Origin: Octopus vulgaris
Lineage: Eukaryota
Direction: 5' to 3'
DNA: 64,000 nucleotides
NCBI GenBank assembly: GCA_951406725.2
Contig: OX597815.1
Coordinates: forward strand, 172,360,001-172,424,000
Below the pieces are notes generated by a model. That model ran no database searches. It worked only from the letters and a program-made list of their open reading frames with translations, and was not told where the DNA came from. The translations under genes were made by a program, and so were the position numbers. Each line of letters begins with the position of its first letter. Position 1 is the stretch's first letter. Positions 53,448-64,000 of this stretch are shown here, one piece after another.

Positions 53448-54685
53448 CTGAAATATTGCATGTGCAATTATTGATATCTCTATAGATTAAGTGGCAAATT
53501 ACAGCTCCGAGCTAATTGTGGTTTCTGATTTACAGGTGTTTGAAATGAGTCAAGTGGGAAATGGAGCATGTTGAGTGTCGAGCAGTGATCCGGTTTTTGT
53601 ATTTGAAATGACGCACACCACAGGAGACTTTTAATGAAATGAAAGTAACTTATGGTGATGATGCCCCATCATATGACCTTGTAAAACGCTGGCATCATGA
53701 ATTCAAACATGGTCGGAACTCTGTGGAAACAGCTCCCAGATCTGGTCGCACCCCTTCTGCCATTGATGAGGCATCTGTCTGTCAAGTTGAGGCTGCCATT
53801 TTGGAAGATCGACGCATAACTATTCGCCAAATAGCCCATGAGGTCAAGATTAGTACCGGGTCTGTGGAAACTATCATTCATGACCATTTGCATATGCAAA
53901 AGGTGTCTGCTAGATGGATTTCCAGGTTGCTCACACTTTTCCAGAAGCAAGAACGCAAGAATTCCAGAAGCAAGAATTTAGGGATGTGCCAAGAAGATGA
54001 GTCAAAATTTTTCAAAAGACTGATTACACAGGATGAGACCTGGGTCCATCACTATGATCCAGAGACCAAAGCCCAGTCAATGCAGTGGAAGCACCATGAC
54101 TCACCTCCTCCAAAGAAGGCAAGGGTGCAGCCCTCCGCTGGCAAGGTCATACTCACAGTCTTCTGGGACCAGGACGGAGTAGTGATGACAGATTTCCTGG
54201 CAAAGGGTACCACAATTACAGGAGCCTATCATGTTTCACTTTTGAGGAAATTAAGAGAAGCTATTGAAACCAAGAGGCGGGGCAAGATCAGCAAAGGCAT
54301 CCTCCTCCTGCAGGACAACGCTCTGGTCCACAACTCGTGTGTCGCCAGATCAGAAGCACAGACGTGCGGCTATGAACTCTTCCCCCATCCCCCTACTCTC
54401 CTGACCTTGCACCCTCTGATTTTCACCTCTTCCCAGCCATGAAGTTGTTTTTGAAAGGAAAGCGTTTCCCAGATGATGCAGCCTTGATTTCTGAAGTCAT
54501 GTCATGGTTGGAGGACCAAGCTGGCGTCTTCTACGAAAACGGTCTCCAGAACTGCATCAAACAATGGGAGAAATGCGTACCTCTGGGTTGTTCCTATGTA
54601 TAAAAAGACTAATACCTGTGCCAAGTTTCGTTGCTCTACTGCTATGGGAAGTGGGTCAGGGGCATTACTTATTGAACGCCCCTCG
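53448..54685 (+). mobile_element. Mariner (DD34D) element lacking its left TIR
   Basis: Right TIR cattacttattgaacgcccctcg|TA; transposase pseudogene inside; sits in an RTE-tail repeat (~53390-55014). Confidence 0.88.
53561..54612 (+). pseudogene. Mariner transposase pseudogene
   Basis: MEHVECRAVIRFLYLK*, KVSARWISRLL, ITQDETWVHHYDPETK, LLQDNA, then frameshift to YSPDLAPSDFHLF. Confidence 0.9.
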
Positions 54686-55211
54686 TACCTGCATCACCTT
54701 ACTAGCACTTGTGCTGGTGGCAAGTGAAAAAGAAACATTCAAGCGAGGTAATTGCCAGTGCTGCTGGACTGGCTCCCGTGCAGGTGGCACATGAAAAGCA
54801 CCATTTGAGCGTGGCCGTTGCCATTACCACTTGACTGGCACGTAAAAGCACCCACTACACTCTTGGAGTAGTTGGCGTTAGGAAGGGCATCCAGCTGTAG
54901 AAACTCTGCCAGATCAGATCGGAGTCTGGTGCAGCCATCTGGTTCGCCAGACCTCAGTCAAATCGTCCAACCCATGCTAGCATGGAAAGTGAACGTTAAA
55001 CGATGATGATGATGAATTCCTAATAATTTTTTAAACATGGAATTGATTATGAAGTCATTCCAAGCAAAATAGGAGTCAAAAGGTTCATAAGTAAACATGC
55101 TTGAGAAACACTATCCTAAAGCTCCAAAATTAAGATACTTTTATTTTTTCCTCCTGTTAGAAATAGAGGTATTTTTTCAGATCTCTTAATTCATGTCTTC
55201 TCTTTTTGCAG

Positions 55212-55391
55212 ACCCTGTTGAGGATTTGGGATTGTTTCATCATTGAAGGACCTAAAATATTATTTCGGTTTTCTGTAGCCATTCTAAAAATACACGAGGC
55301 AGAACTTCTCAAACAAACAGATACAATCAGTTTGATGAAACATGTCAAATCTTGTGCAAAGCTAACAAATGATGTAGAAGAATTGGTTAAG
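55212..55391 (+). CDS. Exon of a TBC-domain Rab-GAP (TBC1D2/TBC1D2B-like), end of TBC domain
   Basis: tctttttgcag acceptor, 180 nt phase 0/0, TLLRIWDCFIIEGPKILFRFSVAILKIHEAELLK..., donor gtaaag. Confidence 0.9.
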
Positions 55392-56361
55392 GTAAAGTGG
55401 TTTTGTACTGAATCTAATCTCTATGGCTTATTCATTTCAAATCCATTCTTTAGAATACACAATAATTACCAGTAAGAGGCTATAAAATGACTGGGGTAGC
55501 TTCAAGGCATAGAGCTAAATCCAGTTTACTCAGTAATCAAACATAAAACTTTCTGAAACTTCTTTTATTTTTTAAATCCTATTCATATTGCATAGCATTG
55601 AGAGGCCATAACTGTGACATTCAGTACTGGATTAACCATTAAGAACAATAAGCATGTGCTTAGGGAATCAAGGAAAGGGGAGCACCATAGAAATGGTAAA
55701 TGGTTTACATCACAAAAGAAATTTCTTCAGACTTGCTAAGATAATGCTTGGGATGCCTTGTCTCTACTAAATATAGATGCAGATGTGTTACATTCGATTA
55801 ATTTTGAGGATTTTATCAAAGGCTTTGTCATTTATCTTTACTTGTTTTAATCATTGGACTGTGACCTTTTGGGACACTGCCTTAAACAAATTGACCCCAA
55901 TACTTATTTTTGAAATCTGGTGCCTATTCTATTAGTCTCTTTTCCTAAGCCACTAAGTTATGGAGACATAGACAAATCAACACTAGTTATCAAACACACA
56001 CACACACACATACACACGCATGTTCATACATATATATATATACAAACATACATACATACATTCGTACATACATACATACGTACATACATACATGCATGCA
56101 TGCATACATACATACATACATACATACATACATACATACATACATACATACATACATACATAGAAATATATATATATGCATGATGGACCTCTTTCAGTTT
56201 CCATCTACAAAATTCACTCACAATACTATAGTCAGCCCACAGCCCTAGAAGAAAATACTTGCTCAAGGTTTCACAAAGTAGGATTAGCATCTTAACTACA
56301 CAGCCTCCATTCTTTACTAATAAATCATTGAAACAAAATACGACAGTATCATTTATGTCTA

Positions 56362-58002
56362 TGAGGTGATATCAAAAAGTTCCCAGACTATTTCTGTATG
56401 TGCCAACACAGTTGTGTGCACAATGAGAGCTAGCAGTAACCTTCATGAAGCAGTGTGCCAAGTGGCATCATTATGTTTACTTTGCAAGTTGTGAAATTTG
56501 TGTTTTTGTGATCATGTGTATGCTGTTGTCTGCAATTTTGTCATGGATAGGAAGTTGGAACAGAGAACCAATGTGAAATTTTGCATTAAATTTAGGAAGT
56601 CTGCTACAGAAACGTTTAGAATGCTTCAGAAAGCTTACAACAATGAGGTAATGGGTTGTACACAATGTTTTGAGTGGCACGGGCACTTCAATAGCGGAAT
56701 AACGTCCCTAGATGATGAACGATCTGGAAGACTTGCTATGGGCGTCACCCTCAAAAGTGTGGAGAAAATGCTTCAGCTTGTGCATGAGGATCATCGAAAG
56801 ACAATCAACAACATTGCTGATGTTGTTGGTCTGTGTATGGATCTGTGCAGTCAACCCTAACATCTGATTTGAACATGCAGTGAGTCTCTGCCAAGTTTGT
56901 CCCCCACCTGCTGGGCACTGAGCAGATTGAACATCATGTCAAAGTTTATCAAGATCTCTGCCAGCATACTATTGATGGCCCATACTTTATGTTGAGAGTT
57001 TGGTCTTATGGGTATGACCCTGATACGAAGCAGCAGTCGTCACAGTGGAAGAGGCCTTCATTTCCATGACCAAAGAAGGCATGACAGAGCATGCTCATCA
57101 TTTTTTCGACATCGAGAATTCGTTCACCAGAGCCAGACCATCAATTGAGAGTTCTACTGTAATGTTTCAAAGCATTTGAGGGAAGTCATTTGGTGAAAGT
57201 GACCAGATAGGCGCAGGAGTGGCTGCGTGGTAAGTAGCTTGCTTACCAGCCACATGGTTTTGGGTTCAGTCCCACTGCGTGGCACCTTGGGCAAGTGTAT
57301 TCTACTATAGCCTCAGGCCGACCAAAGCCTTGTAAGTGGATTTGGTAGACGGAAACTGAAAGAAGCCTGTCATGTATGTATATATATATATATATATATG
57401 ACTGTTTATGTTTGTGTGTCTGTTTGTCCCCCAACATCGCTTGACAACCGATGCTGGTGTATTTACATCGCCGTAACTTAGTGGTTCGGCAAAAGAGACC
57501 AATAAAATAAGTACTAGGCTTACAAAGAATAAGTCCTGGGGTCGATTTGCTCAACTAAAGGCAGTGCTCCAGCATGGCCCCATTCAAATGACTGAAACAA
57601 GTAAAAGAGTGAAAAGAGTAAAGAGATCTGAGGAGCATGCAGAATTGGATTCTTCACAATGACAATGTACCCTGTCACCAAGCTCTCCTTACTCATGAGT
57701 TTCTCACCAAAAACATGGTATCATTTCTGCACCCACCCTATTCACAGGGACTTCCATCTCAAGATGAAAAGGCAGCTCAAAGATCATCATTTTAACACCA
57801 TTGCTGAGATCTAGAGCAAATTGCAGAAGGTCCTCAACACGCTTACAGAAAACAACTTCTAGGCAGGGATCCCAAAAGTGGCAGAAACGCTAGGACCAGT
57901 GCACAAGGTGACTATTTCAAAGGAGATGATGTTAAAACTTAGGTAAATAAGTTATTTTTTATTAAACACAACTTGTCTGGGAACTTTTTTGATACCACCT
58001 GG
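56362..58002 (+). mobile_element. Decayed mariner element interrupted by a SINE
   Basis: TIRs TGAGGTGATATCAAAAAGTTCCCAGAC / GTCTGGGAACTTTTTTGATACCACCTGG with TA flanks; LEQRTNVKFCIK, YGYDPDTKQQSSQW and LHNDNVPCH remnants. Confidence 0.85.
57209..57625 (+). mobile_element. tRNA-derived CORE-type SINE inserted in the mariner
   Basis: Full-length family copy; short AGAT duplication at the junctions. Confidence 0.85.
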
Positions 58003-58138
58003 TAAAGTAGGTTGGCTCAAATATCATTGCTAGAATAAGAATTCAAAGATATTAGAACCAGGGTAATATTGAGGAAGTATTTTTGCTAATATAACATTGC
58101 TAAAGTAATCAAATAAGATATTATTATTTATATTCCAG

Positions 58139-58288
58139 GTAGCTTTTGAAGAACTTAACCCATTTCCTAAATGGCAGACAATCCGTGCTAAACAAGTCTA
58201 TTATCAAAGTATGATTCAAGAACATTATAAATGGCAGAAAATTAATGAAAATAGCTTTTTGTTCAGTAGAGAAATTGATGAGGAGAAG
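58139..58288 (+). CDS. Next exon of the TBC1D2/TBC1D2B-like gene
   Basis: tattccag acceptor, 150 nt phase 0/0, VAFEELNPFPKWQTIRAKQVYY resembles the post-TBC F.DLNPFP..IR segment of TBC1D2B; donor gttagt. Confidence 0.82.
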
Positions 58289-61200
58289 GTTAGTTCAGTA
58301 TTATATATTCTTACCAACAGAACCTCAAATTTGATCCAAGGTAAATGTTTCCCTTTTCAATCCTTTTATAATAATAATAATAATAATAATAATTATTATT
58401 ATTATTATTATAATTATCCTTTCTACTAAAGGCACAAGGCCTGAAATTTGGTGGAGGGGGCTAGTCAATTACATCAACCCCAGTACATAACTGGTACTTA
58501 ATTTATCAACCCTGAAAAGATGAAAGGCAAAGTTGACCTTGGTGAAATTTGAACTCAGAACAAGAAGATGGACAAAATGTCACTAAGCATTTTGCCTGGC
58601 ATGCTAATGATTCTGCCAGTTCACCACCTTAATAATCCTTTCTGCTAAAGGCACAAAGCCTGAAATTTGCTGGGTGTGGACAAATCTATTACATCGACAC
58701 CAGTGTTTCATAATAATAATAATAATAATAATAACAACAATAATAATTGTTTCTAATGTAGGCCCAAGGTCAAGAATTTTTAGGTGAAAAGAGATAATTA
58801 GTACCATGAAACCCAATACTTGACTGGTGCATTATTTTATGAACCCTGGAGGGATGAAGAGCAAAACTGATCTCAGAAGGATTTTATCTTAATATAACAA
58901 CAATAGCAGTAATAATCTTTTCTACTCTAGGCACAAGGCCCAAAATTTTGGGAGAGGGGGCCAGTTAATTAGATCGACCCCAGTATGCAACTGGTACTTA
59001 ATTTATCGACCCTGAAAGTATGAAAGGTAAAGTGACCCCAGTGGAATTTGAACTCAGAACGTAAAGACAGACGGAATATCGCTAAGCATTTCGCCCGGCT
59101 TGCTAACATTTCTGCCAGCTCACCACCTTATAATAGCAGTTATAATAATAATCTCTTCTAATCTTGGTAAAAGGCCAGCAGTCTTGAGAAGAGAGTAAAT
59201 CAGACACATCACACACACACACCCCAGTACAGGACTGATGCTTAACTGATTGTCTTCAAAAGTGTGAAAGGCAAGTCAATAAATGTAAAGAGCTAGAAGA
59301 ACTGCTACTAGGCTTAGGCTTTTAAAGTTTTAGCAAGAACTTAAATATTTTTCAAAGAGACTCTTTAAAAATAGTTGAATATCCTCAGGAATCATTAAAC
59401 TGCATTAAATAACAAACTGCTTTGAAAATGCTAACAGAGTGACCATAACAAATAGTTCATCTTTAATTCCTTTAATAGCAAATCTATAGCTCAAGGCAAT
59501 ATTTTTAAAACTCTTATAATGAGCTGTATGTCTTAACGTACCATCCTTGGGTTAGAAGTTAATCTTAATTTCAATAATTTTTCCAAGTTTATTATTGGTT
59601 AGTATTGTAAATCTGACCATCTTGGAACACTCCTTGGCACTGTTATGAGTATCTATTATGAGCTGAAAAACACTGATCAAAGGTTTTGATTATAAGACAG
59701 TTTAATGAGAAGTAAAATTTGTTTCCTGATTATTGAATTAAGAGTTTTTTCAATGGAAATCACAATCAAAGAGAAAAGGATTGTAATTGTAATAAATATT
59801 TAACTCATAGCTATATTCATTTTGTAGCTGGGAGATGGCTAAGTGAATAAAGTAATTATTGGACTATCTGCTTGTGGGTCAAAAGTTTCAGTGCGCTGTT
59901 GACATTTTGTTATGTTTCAAGCCAGAACACTTTTATTCTACATTACCTCAATTCACTTTGCTGTCATATAGCTCAGCTGAGAAGGTTAAAGGCAATAAAC
60001 TAATGTCCTTTATTTTCTGTCACTTACACCAGCATATTTTCTGTCACTTGCACATATAAAGTGCCAGTGGACAACTAGATTCGATTTCATCAACTATACC
60101 CTATCCCAAAACTTATGTACCTTGTGCCATTATTAGAAGTCAGTATTATGTTGAAAATAATCATTTCAAACGTGGTACATCTAAATATCTTTATAACTAT
60201 TAGAATTATCAGCTGCTCTCTGATAAGTTTGTAGTGGAGCTTGTGGCAGCATTCTTGGCCCTCAGACCACATCCCTGCTCATTGCTATCAGGATAGAGAT
60301 GGTTAATGACTATCTGCAAGTGTGAGCCTCATGAGTCAGAGTGACTGTGCCTGTATCCTCCCTCACCATTCTTCAGGGCAATGCCCTTTTCATTTTGTCT
60401 ACTGGTACCATGAGGCAGACTGCCAAGCCTTTTTAGATATTATTTGTTAGTTTCTGTAGATATATGACATCACTGTTATTTTACACTTTTATTTTGTTTA
60501 ATTTTGTAAAGTTTATGTAATATTTACTATTAAACATGACTTTTTTATATTTACTATTAAACATGATTTTTCCAATATTTCATATATTCTACATATTTGG
60601 AAAAAGAACCATATTTATTTAGACAAGGTGTCTTATGGTTAGAAACTCTGTTGTCTTTATTTCCTTAATTATAACATGGAACAAGTTATATTCATGATGG
60701 TTTTATCATTAAGAAGTCTATCAACAAAATAAAGAATTATTTATGCACTGAGCATTCATCTTGATTAGCTATATTCATAAAACTTAATTAGTTGCATGTC
60801 ATCAATCCATACAATATTGATTTATCTTTTATGCATTTATGACTAAATATCTTGTTTGAGAAAAAGCTGGATTGTTCTCCAAAATTCAGATTATTATGTA
60901 ATATTTTCTGAAATTTTTTTATTTTCGTCTTTTATTAACAGGTATCTTTATTTTTATTCTTATATTTTTTTAATGCCAACTACTTAACTCAGAAATATTG
61001 TTATCTATTTTTCAGTTTTAATAAAACATAATCAACGGAATATTATAATTAGGCAAACTTAATGCTACCATATAAAAATGCTAGCATATAATAATTATGT
61101 TATGCTACCATATAAAGTATTCATTTTTTATTAGAACCTTCCACAATAATTTTATGTAATAATATCTCTAAACATAGAATCAAAATAACAGATTAGTAAT

Positions 61201-61760
61201 AATTAAAAAAATAGTTATTTTATTAAATATATCTAAATTCATGATTATTTTAAAATTTATTAAGCACCAATGTCATTAGAAATATGTTCAAGAAAAGTTA
61301 ATATTAAAAATGCAATAGAGAAAATAACTGTCATTTTGTTTTATTTTTTAAATAATGATATCAAGAGAAATAGCAGCCTTTATGAAAAGTTTAATTGTGA
61401 AGAAACAACAGGCAAGCAAGTAAAAGGAAATCTTTGGAAATGAAACAGATTCCAATATTTATTTGTTTAGGCAATCGTAGTTCAAGATGGTAAACTGATA
61501 GAATCGTTAGCACATCAGACAAAATATTTAACAGCTTTTCTCCTGGCTTTATGTTCTGAGTTCAAATTTCACCAAGGTCAGCTGCACCTCTCACCCTTTC
61601 AGAGTGAGTAAAATAAATGCCAGTCAAGTATTGATGCTGGTACAATCAATTAACACTCTTCCCCCTAATTTCAGGCCTTGTACCTATAGTAGAAAAAAAT
61701 TAAATCATTATTATTGTTGCTGATTTTCTTGTTCTTCTTGTACTTTTTCTTCTTATTTTT

Positions 61761-61810
<50 letters not shown>

Positions 61811-63136
61811 CATCGTCGTCGTCGTCGTCGTTGTTGTTGTTGTCATCGTTATAACCATCATTATTATCGTTATTCAGATGAATCATTTGAAACCTGTCAC
61901 AGAACAACAGTTATCAATACAGACTGCTGAAGTCTATATCGAAGGTAACTTTATAAAAAGAATACTTCTTTTATTCATGCATTCATTCATGCATGTGAGA
62001 ATGTATGAGAAGGAGATACATGGAGAACCAGAGGATTAGAAAATAATTTTCTGTATATATGAGTATACATTTGTGTGTGCATAACAGAATGGATGACTGA
62101 GAAGATAAGAGAAAAAGTGGAATCTCTCATCAACATTATTCAATGATGAATTCATAAATGAATTTTATTATTGTAACAGAATCTAAAATAGAAACACATT
62201 CTGTTGTATTCAATACACAATACTCAGTTATAGGATACAATAGGATACAAAATGACTCTCTAGACACACTTTCAGTTATGAAATATTTTCTTGTAATGAG
62301 ATGCAGGTATGGTTGTGTAGGTAAGAAGTTTAACTTACAACCACATGGTTTTTGTTCAATCTTGCTATGTTGCACGTTGGATAAGTGACTCTTGGTTTGT
62401 TAATCGATGCCTTGTGAGTGAAACTTGGTTGACAGAAACTGTACAGAAGCTTGTCTTATGTGTCTGTCTGTCTGTATGTATGTATATATGAATAGTGACA
62501 TCATCATCATTGTTTTAATGTCTACTTTTCCAAGCTTGCAAGGGTCAGTGCACACACACACACACACACACATTTATATTAGATAATAAAATGAATGATT
62601 TATACCTGGTAGCTTACTGGTAAATAACGATCACTTTCACAGTGTTTGTTATGTATTTGGTTAATGAGACGGAAGATAAAAGATGAGAATTTTTATTAAG
62701 TGCATCCAACTGTGCAGATGTGTCTCTTCAGGGGATAAATAGATATAACTCATTAAAATAGCAGTTCAGCATAAGAAACCGATAGAATAAGTACCAGGCT
62801 TACGAAGAATAAGTCCAGGAGTCGATTTCTTTGACTAAAAGGCAGTGCTCCAGCATGGCCACAGTCAAAATGACTGAAACAAATAAAAGAAAAAGAAGAA
62901 TGAATAGTGCCAATTATTGTTGGGTCCTTGGGAACAGTATCAGAAGGAATCAAGAGGAATATAAAGTAACAATTCAAGTTAGTAAGATGCCCTGGTGCAT
63001 TTGTTCCAGATCTTTGCATACTGACAGCAATGCCTACAATAACAACAGCAGCAGCAGCAACAAAAACAATACATTTATAAAATAGATAAAAAGAAAAAAT
63101 AATTATATCTCATAATAATTATAAAATAATTATATA

Positions 63137-63535
63137 GGCGCAGGAGTGGCTGTGTGGTAAGTAGCTTGTTTACCAGCCACATGGTTCAGGGTTCAGTCCC
63201 ACTGAATGGCACCTTGGGCAAGTGTCTTCTACTATAGCCTCGGGCCGACCAAAGCTTTGTGAGTGGATTTGGTAGACAGAAACTAAAAAGAAGCCCGTCG
63301 TATATATGTATATATATATATGCATGTGTGTGTTTGTCCCCCTAGCATTGCTTGACAACTGATGCTGGTGTGTAAGTCCCCATTACTTAGCAGTTTGATA
63401 AAAAAGACTGATAGAATAAGTGCTGGGCTTACAAAAGAATAAGTCCCGGGGTCGAGTTGCTCGATTAAAGGCGGTGCTCCAGCATGGCCACAGTCAAATG
63501 ACTGAAACAAGTAAAAGAGTAAAGAGTAAAAGAGT
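63137..63535 (+). mobile_element. tRNA-derived CORE-type SINE
   Basis: Full-length family copy. Confidence 0.85.
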
Positions 63536-64000
63536 CAAAAGTTCTTTAGCAGGCATCAAAAATGATGAGAAAACGAATTCATTGACCAAGATGGGCCAAG
63601 ATGGAAAAGAATGGCACAATCAAGAAAGAATTGGAAGTACATTGTGACTACTTACGTATAACAACATATATATGACAGTGATACAGTGATATTGAATTAT
63701 AGAATTTGTACCATGAAATTGGATAGGTATGACATGATTTTTTTCTGTTTTGTTTTAATTCCAGGATTTGCATGGTTTTGTTATGGGAAACAGGACTATT
63801 CAGTTGTTTTTGAAATAAACTGCTTTGAAAATGTTATGTATGAATTACCAATCAAGGTAAGGCAAATGAAATAATAATTTTAAAAATAATTGCTTATTGT
63901 GTAGCAACCACATTAATTGTTTGTATTTTCAGGGTATTTGATCACACCGCATCATCCTCATCTTCTTTCCTTTTCCAGCTGGTGTATCCATGTATCTCCT

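Noticed and set aside
63932-64000. Possible next TBC-gene exon
   Set aside because: Phase 0 after the first AG hits a stop at once; the second AG leaves too few codons before the window ends.

Overview
AT-rich, microsatellite-dense animal DNA, most likely octopus or a related coleoid cephalopod. This is inferred from the tRNA/CORE and Nin-type SINEs, RTE tails ending in (GAT)n and pervasive (TA)n/(CA)n. Almost all listed ORFs are microsatellite read-through. Host coding content is two + strand exons of a TBC1D2/TBC1D2B-like Rab-GAP (55212-55391, 58139-58288) and one - strand exon encoding a signal-peptide, Ser/Thr-rich protein (28698-29281) that probably lies within a long intron of that gene. 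The rest is transposon material: a young Neptune-type Penelope-like element (PLE), older PLE remnants, a CR1/L2-type LINE, RTE and R4/Dong fragments, Tc1/mariner elements, tandem Helitrons, MITEs and SINEs. The most striking structure is a ~3.5 kb non-coding palindrome (38514-41990). Each ~1.7 kb arm ends in a well-formed type I hammerhead ribozyme fold, so a transcript from either strand makes the antisense copy first and the ribozyme last. At least six other intact or degenerate hammerhead-like motifs of several architectures occur in the window. All ribozyme and family calls were made by eye; none has been tested by search or experiment.
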